Origin: Spirochaetia bacterium
GTDB taxonomy: Bacteria > Spirochaetota > Spirochaetia > UBA9216
Assembly: GCA_963675665.1 (NCBI GenBank)
Contig: OY776510.1
Location: 3,872,001-3,936,000 of the forward strand
DNA length: 64,000 nt
Direction: 5' to 3'
Both the position numbers and the translations under genes were made by a program. Shown piece by piece: positions 10,135 through 21,191 of the stretch (its first letter is position 1; each line of letters begins with the position of its first letter). The notes beneath the pieces were generated by a model. That model did not search any database. It was not told the DNA's origin and saw only the letters and a program-made list of their open reading frames with translations.

Positions 10135-11312
10135 CCGCTTTCCTTGAAATGTGCAACGGTTCCTATTCTTTCGGAGAACATCGGGTGCTGGATAATATCA
10201 GCTTTAAGGTCGGCGCAGGAGAGATTCTCTGCATCCTCGGAGCCAACGGCTGCGGAAAAACAACCCTGCTGAGATGTATCAACAACGGACTGGAGCTGGA
10301 TGCTGGTTCGGTTTATCTTGAAGGAAGGGATATCCGGACTATGGATGTGCTTGAAACGGCCCGTCAGATCGGTTTTGTATACCAGGAACATACAGCATCA
10401 TTTCCGTTTTCCGTGCTTGAAATTGTACGCATGGGACGTACGCCATACCTCGGGACCTTCGAATCGCCCTCGGACAGCGACACATTTATCGCGGAACAGG
10501 CCCTGGATATGGTAGGACTGCTTCATTATAAAAACAAACCCTACACAGAAATCAGCGGGGGGGAAAGGCAGCTGATCCTGATAGCAAGAACCCTGGCCCA
10601 GGATCCGAAAATCATCCTGCTTGATGAGCCGACATCGCATCTTGATTATAAAAATCAGCACATGGTCCTGAATATGATAAACCGGATGGCATCAGGAGGA
10701 ATAACAGTTATCATGACCTCGCATATGCCGAACCATGCGCTTTTTCATTCAAGCAGAACAGCCCTGATGCACCGGGGCAAGTTTATAGCTGAAGGCCCGC
10801 CTTCCGGGGTTATAACGGAAGCGAACCTTAAGACAATCTACGATATGGATGTAAAACTTCTTCAGGCCGGGAGTTCCGAAACAGATGATCCGATACGGTT
10901 CTGCCTTCCCGACTATTCTTCGTCAAACTCGATTGCTTCAGGCCTTCCGGGAGTCGAAACCCATTTCAGGGGATATTCCAGGGTCAGAAACGGTATCGCT
11001 GAAATTACCATTTCCGAGAATTTTATCCTGACATCTCTCTCCAGGAAAAGCGGAAATGTAAAAGTGACTATTCCTTCTGAGGGAATTCTCCTTTCCCCTG
11101 TTCCTTTTCTCAACAACAGTTCCCATCTTTTCCAGGGACATATCAGCAGTATTGGAGATAACGGCAAGGGAAAAGAATTGCTGGTTTGTATCTCAGGACA
11201 TCCGATCAGGCTCATGCTTTCAGAAAAAATAATCGAATCAATGAAATTAAAAGAAAACACAACTGTGTATCTGGGCTTCAAACATTCAAAGATCACCAGC
11301 GTTTCTTGTTGA
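10131..11312 (+). CDS. ABC transporter ATP-binding protein with probable C-terminal TOBE domain(s)
   Basis: GANGCGKT, ISGGERQ, LLDEPT. ATGA overlap at 10131. C-terminal ...MKLKENTTVYLGFKHSKI is TOBE-like. Confidence 0.92.
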   Translation: MTAFLEMCNGSYSFGEHRVLDNISFKVGAGEILCILGANGCGKTTLLRCINNGLELDAGSVYLEGRDIRTMDVLETARQIGFVYQEHTASFPFSVLEIVRMGRTPYLGTFESPSDSDTFIAEQALDMVGLLHYKNKPYTEISGGERQLILIARTLAQDPKIILLDEPTSHLDYKNQHMVLNMINRMASGGITVIMTSHMPNHALFHSSRTALMHRGKFIAEGPPSGVITEANLKTIYDMDVKLLQAGSSETDDPIRFCLPDYSSSNSIASGLPGVETHFRGYSRVRNGIAEITISENFILTSLSRKSGNVKVTIPSEGILLSPVPFLNNSSHLFQGHISSIGDNGKGKELLVCISGHPIRLMLSEKIIESMKLKENTTVYLGFKHSKITSVSC

Positions 11313-11377
11313 TTACCCCGTATTTGCATATATCTGTTTAACCGTCAGACTCATAAAACATACGGTAAAAGGCAGAA

Positions 11378-12262
11378 CTACTGAAGCACCCAACCCAGGT
11401 CGGCAACTGCCCCGGTCAAAGCCTCTTCCCAGGCGGCCCGGATTTCCGGGTCATCCCAGGTTGCCAGGTGACTGCCCCCTGCAACAGGGTACAGCTTTGC
11501 CGTGTTCCCGGCCTCATTCATCATTCCGACGAATTCCTCGGTGTAGCGAAACGGCAGAATATCATCTTCGACGCATTGGGTCATATATACCGGCGGAAGT
11601 CCGGGCCGGACATTCTGATAGGGCGAGCAGTTTTTTGCCTCCCCGCGGCCTATCAGAAGCTGTTTGAAATTATAATCGTTGACGTTTACCGCCCCCGCAA
11701 CCGTAAAAACAGCATTGGGCACGGAACTTGTTCCCGGATTCTCGGACGGGTCAATATACTGCGGGAACATGGCTGTACAGAGAGCCAGATGTCCGCCCGC
11801 TGAATCTCCCATAGCCGCAATGTGATCGGTATCGATATTAAACTTTTTACTGTATACCCGGGCCCATCGTACCGCTGAATTCGCATCCATCATCAAATCC
11901 ATAACACTGATTTTATTATGGTCGGCAAGCCGGTACTGTGCCGCAATTCCTATAAATCCCATACCGGCCATATACCGGGCATTATCCTGGGCCCATTCCA
12001 TTTCGGCCCGTATCCAGCCTCCCCCGCAGAAGTTTACAACTGCAGGATACGGTTTTATACGATTGGCATCATAGCCTTCAGGATAAAAAATATGCATTTC
12101 AAGCTTTCCATCAGGGGTTTCCTTGTAGTAGCAGGCATAATCGGCGAGATCAGCAGTCGCGTTGGAAACCGGTTCATTAATCAGGTATGGGCTGTGTTCC
12201 TCACCTGTACTTACGCAGGCTAAAACCGACAATAAAATCACTGCAGAAATTACGAATTTCAT
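11378..12262 (-). CDS. Alpha/beta hydrolase (esterase) lipoprotein
   Basis: Lipobox VLAC; CGGGW oxyanion motif, GDSAGG nucleophile, C-terminal His. Confidence 0.88.
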   Translation of the reverse strand: MKFVISAVILLSVLACVSTGEEHSPYLINEPVSNATADLADYACYYKETPDGKLEMHIFYPEGYDANRIKPYPAVVNFCGGGWIRAEMEWAQDNARYMAGMGFIGIAAQYRLADHNKISVMDLMMDANSAVRWARVYSKKFNIDTDHIAAMGDSAGGHLALCTAMFPQYIDPSENPGTSSVPNAVFTVAGAVNVNDYNFKQLLIGRGEAKNCSPYQNVRPGLPPVYMTQCVEDDILPFRYTEEFVGMMNEAGNTAKLYPVAGGSHLATWDDPEIRAAWEEALTGAVADLGWVLQ

Positions 12263-12409
12263 ATTTACCCCCTGTTGGACGCTGTCCGCAAGCGTCATTC
12301 ATTTACAACCTTTGAACCTGTATTATCAAAACCGCCGGACAATGTTGTGTCCAATAATGTTCGACAAATATCAGAAGTCAGGCAACCGTACCAGTAGAAC
12401 GCGTTCCGG

Positions 12410-13999
12410 CTATCTCCTGATAAAATCAACAGCAGCCTGCAGCAACGTGTCTTTTCCCCGGGTAATATCATCTGCATTATATTCAATATATTTTTCAACA
12501 AAACTTTTTCGCAGATCAGAGTTTTTTGTATTATGCCTGTACCATATAATGCTGGGTAATACGGTAAATATTTTAATATCGCCTTCGCGGTAAACTTTAT
12601 CGTCCATATGCCCGGCAAAGGAGCCGTTATTTGCCGTACCCATGACAGTGATCTCATCAAATCCCGACGTAATTGCCGTAAAAAAATCTCCTCCGCTCAC
12701 GCATTCCGAACCGGTTAGAACAACGACTTTTTTGCCGAAAACTGTATCCGGACTTTGCCCCGGGAATTTGTGAGCCAACAGAGGATACCGGCTGTAAGTA
12801 TCCGGTCCTGTTTTTTCAAATACATCATAGAATTGCATATCGTCAGGGTTCTTAACCAGCAATTCAAGTCCGCCGTAACTTACCTGGTGCATACCTCCGC
12901 CATGATTACGAAAATCCAGAATAATACCCTCCGTACCAAGTAAAGAAGCTACTGCGTCTCTGAACTCTTTATAAAACCTGGTCCGGGACGGGTCCCATGA
13001 TTTTAAATCTTTAATTTCCTGATCAAAATAATTTACCCTTATATATCCGATATTCATCTCCTGCAATATGCCCCCGTCAAGGGCATCATAGTTTTTGCCG
13101 ATCTCCGAACCGGGAACAAATATTATCGGGAACGGAGCCTCCCTGTATTGTTCCCCTGCAGTAAACTCTCTGTCCGGAATCTTTACCGAATCTATTGTAC
13201 CGCTTGTCTTTCGGCGTATTGTTACGGTTGAGAACAGATGAATGTTCCGCATTATGCTTTTCTGCCAATTCAGATTAACTGCGGTCGTATTTGCTCCGGA
13301 TGAGCCGATAATCGGCAGGGACGACTGTTCCAAAGGCCGACGCCATTCCTGCCACGGGATTCCGTTTAGAGCGATAATTTCATCTCCCGCTTCCCAGAAA
13401 TAAGGCGGAGAATTATCGAAAACCCTGCTGACAACCAGCCGGTTGTCTTTGCATGGCGTAATCCATGCGCCAGGAGGATTAATATTGAAACCCGATAAGG
13501 AAATACAGGGAGCACCGCTTTTTAAATTATTGTTCATAACCAACCGCTCCGGAATGATCATGGTGTGCCCTTCTTTCAGATAATATGTCAGCCTTGACAA
13601 AGCCCCCAAAGCGGAGCCATGACTGTCTGCAGATGCAATATCATCTCCGACTTCCTTTTTAAGAGTCGGCCAGTCCAGGTCAAGATTGATGAAACTGACG
13701 CAGGATCTTTCGATCTCTGAACTTAATTCATCATAAAGACGTAAATAATCCGAACGGTCATCCCCGGACAATAATCCCCAGTAAGAATTATTATTTTCTT
13801 CGAGAAAAAGAATTGTTTCTTGAATCATTGCTTCTTTTTCATCCGGGTCCGTGATTAACGGCGGCGGCAGCTCATGGGGCCAATTGTCCAGAACACCCGG
13901 AATCGGAACCTGTTGAAATGTTGTACATGCTGCAAGTATAGAGCTGTAGAGTATTATCTGAATAAAATTCTTTATCAATCGGCATTGTTTGAAATACAT
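12410..13999 (-). CDS. S41 family peptidase lipoprotein
   Basis: LAAC lipobox; PDZ-like GDEIIALNG; IILDFRNHGGG; CVSGGD catalytic Ser region. Confidence 0.85.
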   Translation of the reverse strand: MYFKQCRLIKNFIQIILYSSILAACTTFQQVPIPGVLDNWPHELPPPLITDPDEKEAMIQETILFLEENNNSYWGLLSGDDRSDYLRLYDELSSEIERSCVSFINLDLDWPTLKKEVGDDIASADSHGSALGALSRLTYYLKEGHTMIIPERLVMNNNLKSGAPCISLSGFNINPPGAWITPCKDNRLVVSRVFDNSPPYFWEAGDEIIALNGIPWQEWRRPLEQSSLPIIGSSGANTTAVNLNWQKSIMRNIHLFSTVTIRRKTSGTIDSVKIPDREFTAGEQYREAPFPIIFVPGSEIGKNYDALDGGILQEMNIGYIRVNYFDQEIKDLKSWDPSRTRFYKEFRDAVASLLGTEGIILDFRNHGGGMHQVSYGGLELLVKNPDDMQFYDVFEKTGPDTYSRYPLLAHKFPGQSPDTVFGKKVVVLTGSECVSGGDFFTAITSGFDEITVMGTANNGSFAGHMDDKVYREGDIKIFTVLPSIIWYRHNTKNSDLRKSFVEKYIEYNADDITRGKDTLLQAAVDFIRR

Positions 14000-14101
14000 T
14001 TTTACTTCTTCAATTTCTCTTTATATCTGCGGATCTGATCTGAAATTATATAGTTTTTACATCTGTACTGTCAAACCTCTTTTTGCCGAAGGAACAGTCG
14101 A

Positions 14102-15166
14102 TCAGCCCTTACCTCTCTTTTTACGAAGCGTAAGAATTACACTCTGAAGCAGGATAAAGAAACACAGCATAAGCCCTGTTGTAATACTTTGCCAGTACGG
14201 TTCCCTTAGCCCGGAAGCGATAACGATATTGCTGATCGTTTTCAGAGAGAGTACCCCGAAAAGCGTTCCGATTACACTGCCGACTCCGCCGGTTAATAAT
14301 GTTCCGCCGATAATTGAAGAGGCAATTGCCTGGATTTCAGCCTGGGTGGCATTTGCCGCATTTCCGGCCCCCGTGTGCATCAGGTAGACATAACCGCCGA
14401 TTCCGGCAAATACCCCGCTTAGAACATAGGCAAAAAACTTCGTGCGTTTGACATTTATACCGAGCATCAGTGCGCTTTCACTGTTGCCGCCCACTGCATA
14501 CAGGTTACGCCCGAACCGCGACCATTTCAGAATTGCCCATACCGCAAACACTATACCCAGCGCTACCAGCACACCCGGCTCTATCCTGGCTGGAATAAAA
14601 TTACCGGTTTTCCCGTAAGTACCGATACCGGGAATTACGATACGAAAATTCTTAAGAGCAAGGAACATTTCGTTTGTCACTGTTCGAGGAGTTTTACTGA
14701 TGATTGTCGTCAGTCCTTTTGCAAAGAACATGCCTCCCAGGGTGACAATAAAGGGCTGTATCTCCAGGTACGATATCAAAAACCCCTGGATAAGGCCTAT
14801 TCCCAAACCCATGCCCAGGGCCAGAACCATCGAGCCTGCTATGCTGCCGCCATGGTCTTCCAGAACAACAACACAGGTCATGGTTACCAGTGCAATCATT
14901 CCTCCAACCGAAATATCTATGCCGGCTGTTATCATGACTACGGTCAGTCCGCAGGAAACTATAATCAAATATGCATTGTTATTAAAAATATCAAAGAATT
15001 GCTGGGGATTAAGAAACCCGCCTCCCCATACAATCATTGCAATCACGTACATCGCTATAAATCCGCAAATTGTTATGGTAAGCAGCAAAGCAGTATTTGA
15101 AACAGGCTCTCCTGATTTTTTTCCTGTTCTACCTGATGAAATATTTAGTAAACTCTTTCCTGCCAT
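14102..15166 (-). CDS. Sugar ABC permease (YjfF-like)
   Basis: GIDISVG, FGRNLYAVGGNSESA.LGI, IIGGTLLTGGVG. Confidence 0.92.
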   Translation of the reverse strand: MAGKSLLNISSGRTGKKSGEPVSNTALLLTITICGFIAMYVIAMIVWGGGFLNPQQFFDIFNNNAYLIIVSCGLTVVMITAGIDISVGGMIALVTMTCVVVLEDHGGSIAGSMVLALGMGLGIGLIQGFLISYLEIQPFIVTLGGMFFAKGLTTIISKTPRTVTNEMFLALKNFRIVIPGIGTYGKTGNFIPARIEPGVLVALGIVFAVWAILKWSRFGRNLYAVGGNSESALMLGINVKRTKFFAYVLSGVFAGIGGYVYLMHTGAGNAANATQAEIQAIASSIIGGTLLTGGVGSVIGTLFGVLSLKTISNIVIASGLREPYWQSITTGLMLCFFILLQSVILTLRKKRGKG

Positions 15167-15167
15167 A

Positions 15168-16247
15168 TCAGTTATTCCCCGTCAGTTTCATGGGTTTTTT
15201 AAAAAGCCTGTCGCGCAACTGAAGTGCATATCTCTGTACAACCGGCGAACCTATTACGACGATGGCAATAATTACAACTGCCTTATAGGCTTTTACCGCT
15301 GTTGACGAAACCTTCATCGCATAAAGCGTAATCGTCAGGGCCTGGATTATGTATGCGCCAATCACTGAACCGGCCAGTTTGAATTTTCCGCCGCTCAGGG
15401 CATTGCCGCCGATTGCGACCGCCAGGATAGCATCCATTTCAATATCGATGAGAATTGTTTCATGGTTAATGAGGCCAATTCTGCAGACATTTATGGAACC
15501 GGCAATTGTTACACAGACACCAAGTATCATGAATACCAGAAGTTTCATAAAAACAGGGTTAATACCGTTTAACCGGGCAGCCCGTTCATTGATACCGACC
15601 GACTGTATATATAACCCGAGATTGGTAAACCTCAGAACAAGCTTAACAAGGATACCGAACACGATTACGATAAGAATCGGACTTGGAATCGGGATCCCCG
15701 GGATAAAACTTCCGATATAGTTAAGCAGCGGACTTTCAACATTGGGCGTTGCCCCGCCGTTTATCCAGTATGCTATCGGACGTCCTGCAGTAAACAGTAT
15801 CAACGAGGCAATCATCGGCTGAATATCAAACCTTGCAACCAGCATACCGTTAAACAGGCCGAACAGAATTGCTACAACACATGCCGTCAGCAGCGCCAGG
15901 ATAATAACCGGCATTGTAATTTCATTTGCCCGAAGTACTTTAACAAAAACGCTGCCTGCTATCGCCGCCGCTGCGCCAACGCTTATATCCTGCCCTTTCG
16001 TCGCCGAGGTTACCAGCGTCATACCGATTGCCAGAACTGCAAGCTCGGAAGCCCCGTTCAAAATACTGATTAAATTCCCGGAAAGAACGGTATTTCCATA
16101 ATTGTTTGTTATAACGCGGATGGAAAAAAAACCGATATCCCTGAATAAATTAAAAATAATAATCAATAAAAGGGCAAACAACGGTATTATCAGCTGGGAA
16201 TGCGACAGTCTCTTTATACCGTTAACCATATTGGAACTCTTAATCAT
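15168..16247 (-). CDS. Sugar ABC permease (YtfT-like)
   Basis: GQDISVG, SVGINERAARLNGI, DAILAVAIGG. Confidence 0.92.
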   Translation of the reverse strand: MIKSSNMVNGIKRLSHSQLIIPLFALLLIIIFNLFRDIGFFSIRVITNNYGNTVLSGNLISILNGASELAVLAIGMTLVTSATKGQDISVGAAAAIAGSVFVKVLRANEITMPVIILALLTACVVAILFGLFNGMLVARFDIQPMIASLILFTAGRPIAYWINGGATPNVESPLLNYIGSFIPGIPIPSPILIVIVFGILVKLVLRFTNLGLYIQSVGINERAARLNGINPVFMKLLVFMILGVCVTIAGSINVCRIGLINHETILIDIEMDAILAVAIGGNALSGGKFKLAGSVIGAYIIQALTITLYAMKVSSTAVKAYKAVVIIAIVVIGSPVVQRYALQLRDRLFKKPMKLTGNN

Positions 16248-17757
16248 TATGAGCAGCCTCCCCGGCTATCGTATGCATAATCCTTGTTTGCGTCATTTCT
16301 TCTCCCTTCAATTCACCGACTATGTTACGATCCCGCATAACGATAAGCCGCGAACAGGTGGTGAGCATCTCCTCTATTTCAGATGAAATAAATGTTACGC
16401 TGACACCTTCGCCTGCAAGCTTCAGTACAAGCTTTTGTATTTCCACCTTTGTTCCGACATCTATACCCCGCGTCGGTTCATCCAGAATAAGATACTGCGG
16501 ATTTGTGAGCAGCCAGCGTGCAAGTATGACCTTTTGCTGGTTACCGCCCGAAAGAGATTTTATGGGCGTATCCGTTGAAGCGGTTTTAATTCCCAATAAT
16601 TTAATATACTCATCTGCAAAGGCTTCAGCCTCGGTTCCGGAAAACGGCCGTAAAAAGCCCTTCAACACCTGCAGAGCAAGTATGATATTTTCACGTACGG
16701 ATAAATCCTCAATGATGCCGTCCCCTTTTCTGTCCTCGGGCAGATACCCGATACCATGCTTCATTGAGTCTTTGGGTTTGGAGATTTTAATATCTTTACC
16801 GTTTATCTTTATCTTTCCCCCGGTAATTCTATCAGCGCCGAATATGGCGCGCACGCTTTCACTGCGACCGGAACCGAGGAGCCCGGTAAACCCGTTAACT
16901 TCTCCCTTGTGAATTTCGAAGTCAAACGGTTTTGTGCCTTCTGCGCTGGATAAACCGCGGGCCTCGTAAACAAGCGGGGTATCCAGTTTAAGAGATTTTT
17001 CTCTATGCAATAATTCCGACATATCGTCTATCTCTTTTCCCATCATTGCCGAAATCAGTTTAACGCGCGGTAACTCCTTTACATCATATGCCCCAATCAG
17101 TTCACCGTTCCGTAAAACGGTTATCCTGTCGCTTATCTGGTATACCTGTTCAAGAAAATGTGTTATGAAGATGATTCCAACGCCGCGCAACTTCAGATCC
17201 CGCACAAGAGAGAAAAGCAACGCTACCTCCTGTTCATCCAGAGACGAAGTAGGTTCATCCAGTATAAGCACCTTGCATTCCATATCAACTGCACGTGCAA
17301 CTGCAACCATCTGCTGTACAGCCAGCGAACAGGTACCCAGCTGCCGGGTAGCGCTTGTAGGAATTTTTAGCTTCTCAAGTATCTCAACTGCTTTCTTTTC
17401 TATTGAACGCCAGTTTACAAAACGGTAATTGCCTCGCCCTATAAACATATTCTCAGCAACCGTCAGGTTGGGACACAGGGTTATTTCCTGGTAAACTGTA
17501 CTGATACCCAGGTTCTGGGCCTCCTGAGGTGATTTTATTGCAATTTCATTATCAATTCCTGCTATTCTGATTTGCCCGGAATCTTTCGGGTATACACCCG
17601 TTAAAACTTTGACCAGGGTTGATTTACCGGCCCCGTTTTCACCCATTAAAGCGTGTATTTCGCCTTTGCGAAGAGTAAAATCCACATTATGAAGGGCCCG
17701 TACACCCGGAAATGATTTTGAAATTCCACTCATGGATAAAACAATGTCATTCTTCAT
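16240..17757 (-). CDS. Sugar ABC ATP-binding protein with two NBDs (YtfR-like)
   Basis: GENGAGKST, LDEPT twice, LSGGNQQKV. Confidence 0.95.
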   Translation of the reverse strand: MKNDIVLSMSGISKSFPGVRALHNVDFTLRKGEIHALMGENGAGKSTLVKVLTGVYPKDSGQIRIAGIDNEIAIKSPQEAQNLGISTVYQEITLCPNLTVAENMFIGRGNYRFVNWRSIEKKAVEILEKLKIPTSATRQLGTCSLAVQQMVAVARAVDMECKVLILDEPTSSLDEQEVALLFSLVRDLKLRGVGIIFITHFLEQVYQISDRITVLRNGELIGAYDVKELPRVKLISAMMGKEIDDMSELLHREKSLKLDTPLVYEARGLSSAEGTKPFDFEIHKGEVNGFTGLLGSGRSESVRAIFGADRITGGKIKINGKDIKISKPKDSMKHGIGYLPEDRKGDGIIEDLSVRENIILALQVLKGFLRPFSGTEAEAFADEYIKLLGIKTASTDTPIKSLSGGNQQKVILARWLLTNPQYLILDEPTRGIDVGTKVEIQKLVLKLAGEGVSVTFISSEIEEMLTTCSRLIVMRDRNIVGELKGEEMTQTRIMHTIAGEAAHND

Positions 17758-17879
17758 CGGCAACAAACCGCCTTTTTCAGGTTTTTAAAAACGGCAGCGT
17801 AAAGTATGTGGTAAATACACACACTCTGCGCTGCACTTCATCTACTGCAAAGTCATCCAAAAAAGATCAGGAGATTAAA

Positions 17880-18848
17880 TTATTCTCCGAGTCCGTATGT
17901 ATCAATGTCTTTCTGTGTAATGGTTCGCGCATCAAAACCCTTTTCTTCAGAAATAACTTTCTTTGAGGACAGCTTTCCGCCGGCTTCAATCTTTTTAATC
18001 ATTCCATCGATTACTGTTGCCTGGAAAGGACTGCACTGACCGTCATAGTTCCAGTTGCCGGCAAGCAGTTCCCTGAGCGCCCATTTGTTACAGTCGAAAC
18101 CCATGACAACAACATCTCCGTCAACACCGTGTGTGATGCCTGCTTCGTCAAGCGCTGCAACAGCGCCTTTTGCCATGCCGTCATTTTCGGCATAGATAAC
18201 GTTGAAAGCTTCACCGGAATTGATTACCGATTCGGTAATTTTCTTTGCTTCAGCTTCATCCCAGGTTGCAGTCTGCTGCACTACCAGGTTCATCGCACCT
18301 GATGCAAACTGTGCATCCAATGCTGCGGTTCGTCCGATCTGTGCATCACTGCCCATAGCGCCCTGAATGTGAATGACATTGTATGAAGGCAGTTTCTGTG
18401 CTACAAGCCAGTTTACTGCTGTATCGCCCTGGTTTGCCATGTCCGAAACAACGGCGGCTTCATACAGGCTTGAATCCGCATTCAGCATACGGTCAAAGAG
18501 AAACACTTTGATACCGGCTTCTTTGGCATTACCGAGTACCGAAGCCCAGCCGTCTGTGGCAGCCGCAGACAGAAGAATATAGTCCACACCGTCTGTAATA
18601 AACTGGGCGGCTGCATTAAGCTGCTCATCATTCTTCAGGCTGTAAAAGCTTGAAACCTCATACCCGTTAGCTTCTGTAAAGACCTTTTCAAAGTCTGCTA
18701 CATTTGCTGCGCGGTATCCGGATTCGGACGGCGGATTGTTAACAATACCTACCTTAATCAGACCGGATTCCTGTTGTCCTCCGGCAAACAAAACCGCCGG
18801 ACCTAATACTGCAAGAACAACCAGCATGCATAAAATTTTTTTCTTCAT
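17880..18848 (-). CDS. Sugar ABC substrate-binding protein (YtfQ/galactofuranose-like)
   Basis: Spirochaete-type signal LFAGGQQE; ESGYR, YAENDGMA, VMGFD; first gene of a CUT2 operon. Confidence 0.9.
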   Translation of the reverse strand: MKKKILCMLVVLAVLGPAVLFAGGQQESGLIKVGIVNNPPSESGYRAANVADFEKVFTEANGYEVSSFYSLKNDEQLNAAAQFITDGVDYILLSAAATDGWASVLGNAKEAGIKVFLFDRMLNADSSLYEAAVVSDMANQGDTAVNWLVAQKLPSYNVIHIQGAMGSDAQIGRTAALDAQFASGAMNLVVQQTATWDEAEAKKITESVINSGEAFNVIYAENDGMAKGAVAALDEAGITHGVDGDVVVMGFDCNKWALRELLAGNWNYDGQCSPFQATVIDGMIKKIEAGGKLSSKKVISEEKGFDARTITQKDIDTYGLGE

Positions 18849-19268
18849 TTACCCCTCCTTAAGGGAACCAACTAACTTAAATAGTTTTTTAACGGCAACG
18901 CCGCATTGAACTCCGTAATCCTACTCTCTGCATTTCCGGAAGTACATGAGGTATTTTATTAATCCTGGTATAAATTCTTACGCTTTTTACCGGCTCTTTT
19001 TAAAAGGGAGTAAAAGGTTGGTTTTTTTATTCAAAAATTACATTTTTTTACGATAGTATGAATAATCATCAGCCGCCGAACAGCTTGTCAATTACACCGG
19101 AAAAGGAAATCACATCTGTAATATAATGCGCAATTATTGCCGGCAATAAAGCCCATAGCATTGTTTAAAAAAAACACAAAGCCAGGCATAGCAATACATT
19201 TTCACGGTTTTTGTTAATAATCATTTTGATCTCCCAAAAACAACAGTTTTCAGTTCAATTTTTTTATT

Positions 19269-20246
19269 CTATTCGCAGCACGCTTTGTTTTCAACATGTT
19301 TATTCTCTATCCATGCTTCTACCATTTCCAGATTATTAAAAACCGCGCCATGTCCTCCGTCTGTCTCAATGTATGAAATATTCCCGTTTTTATTATAATC
19401 GTTAAATACAATCCTTGAACCTTCTACCGGAGAGCTGTTATCGTTTCGGCCGTGAACCAGCAATACAGGAATTTGAATATTTTCAAGATCTTCAATATAT
19501 CGGTAATTCAGAAAACTTGCCCAGCGCCTGTAAGGATGCCCCCACCATGATAATACAACAGAATCCGGATTCTTATTTATTTCAATACACTTTTTACTAA
19601 AATCAGCAGGCGTAAGATCTTCTATAATACCGCGTTCGATAAGGATTTTTAATTGCTCTTCCTGGGAGATGCCCCCTGCTCCGGCAATAACCAGCCTGGA
19701 AATTTTCTCTTTAACGGATAACCTGTTATAAATTGCCGGAACCAGTCTGCCGCCTTCCGAATGCCCGAATATTACAGCTTTATCATATTTTCGAATGGTA
19801 AAGAAATAATCTATCGCACGGGCATATATCGTACTCAGTTCTTCTACTGTATATATTTGCAGCAATTCCTTTTTTGATTCTTCATTTTCAAATGGTTCCA
19901 GATTTGGCTTTTCAAGAATTAGTAAATCATATTCCTTCGCCAGCCTGATATTCAGAATCCCAGCTGTACTGTAGCCCGTTGAAAATCCCCCCATCCGTGA
20001 ACCGAGTACTGAGGAATAACCGGAACCGCCTATGATAATTATTACGGTGTTATTATTCGGTTTTCGTGAAACAGGATACATATAGGAAAAGTTATTATTG
20101 GAATGCCCGATTCTTACCTGCTCCATTCCGCTGTAAAGATAATTAATTGATTTACAATTGAATAACAATAAAGTTAACAATACCGTAATTAAAATTTTGT
20201 TTAATAACCTTTTCCGGTTACCTGCTTTTTTCATTGCTTGAAACAT
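19269..20246 (-). CDS. Alpha/beta hydrolase lipoprotein
   Basis: LFNC lipobox-like; GGSG, GHSEGG, VHGRND, GGH. Confidence 0.82.
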   Translation of the reverse strand: MFQAMKKAGNRKRLLNKILITVLLTLLLFNCKSINYLYSGMEQVRIGHSNNNFSYMYPVSRKPNNNTVIIIIGGSGYSSVLGSRMGGFSTGYSTAGILNIRLAKEYDLLILEKPNLEPFENEESKKELLQIYTVEELSTIYARAIDYFFTIRKYDKAVIFGHSEGGRLVPAIYNRLSVKEKISRLVIAGAGGISQEEQLKILIERGIIEDLTPADFSKKCIEINKNPDSVVLSWWGHPYRRWASFLNYRYIEDLENIQIPVLLVHGRNDNSSPVEGSRIVFNDYNKNGNISYIETDGGHGAVFNNLEMVEAWIENKHVENKACCE

Positions 20247-20305
20247 CCTGTTTTTTATTTTTATTTGATACTAACACAGGCAAGAGACTTGATAAAACAA
20301 AATAT

Positions 20306-21187
20306 TCAGCAAACAGGCAAATTCTGCGAAGCAAACAGGCCCAATGTTTTTTCCCATAATTCGGCAGATATTTCTTTATTATATTTCCGGATTACCTTTA
20401 CACTGGAATTGTCTCTTTTAAGGTAACATCCGTTCATCTTCAAAGCCTTCTCTGAACAGAGAAGAAATAAGCACGGCTGAACACTTTCTTCATTTGATAT
20501 AAACCTTGATTTTAATATACGCGACATAATATTAAATGTTAATCGAAAAAACCCTTTTTCAGGTTTGCCCAAATTTGTTTGAACCAATCCCGGGTAAAAA
20601 CAATTTATTGAACTGTTTGTATTTTTCAACCGACTTGCCAGTTCAAACGTAAAATATATTTCTGCCTGTTTTGAAAAAGAATATGCGTTCATTCCGTTGT
20701 ATTTTTTTATACTGTTCAGATAATCCGGATCGAATCTGTTATCACTGCTTCCCTCTGATACGACATTAATTATTTTACAGGCCTTTTGTGATTCATTCAT
20801 TTTCAGTATCAGGTTTGTCAACAGGAACGGCCCCAGGTAATTGGTGGCCAGTGTCTTTTCAATTCCTTCATCGGTTAATTCTTTTTTGAATAAAAGAACA
20901 CCCGCATTATTAATTAGAATATCAATATGTTTATACTTATCTATTATTGCCGGAATAACTTCATTTATGGATTTTTGAAGGGATACATCCAAAACAATCA
21001 AATCAATATTATTATTGTTTGATTCATGCATTACTTCTTTTTGAGCACGAAGCCCTTTTTCCCGGTTTCGACAAATCATGAGAACATTTGTCCCGCGTTT
21101 TCCAAGCTCAACCGACAATTTTTTCCCTATTCCGGAATCAGCGCCTGTAATAAGGCAATTCCTGTTCTTGAGTGCATTACATTTCAA
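20306..21187 (-). CDS. SDR family oxidoreductase (retinol dehydrogenase-like)
   Basis: TGADSGIG, NNAG, YSFSK. Confidence 0.92.
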   Translation of the reverse strand: MKCNALKNRNCLITGADSGIGKKLSVELGKRGTNVLMICRNREKGLRAQKEVMHESNNNNIDLIVLDVSLQKSINEVIPAIIDKYKHIDILINNAGVLLFKKELTDEGIEKTLATNYLGPFLLTNLILKMNESQKACKIINVVSEGSSDNRFDPDYLNSIKKYNGMNAYSFSKQAEIYFTFELASRLKNTNSSINCFYPGLVQTNLGKPEKGFFRLTFNIMSRILKSRFISNEESVQPCLFLLCSEKALKMNGCYLKRDNSSVKVIRKYNKEISAELWEKTLGLFASQNLPVC

Positions 21188-21191
21188 ATAT

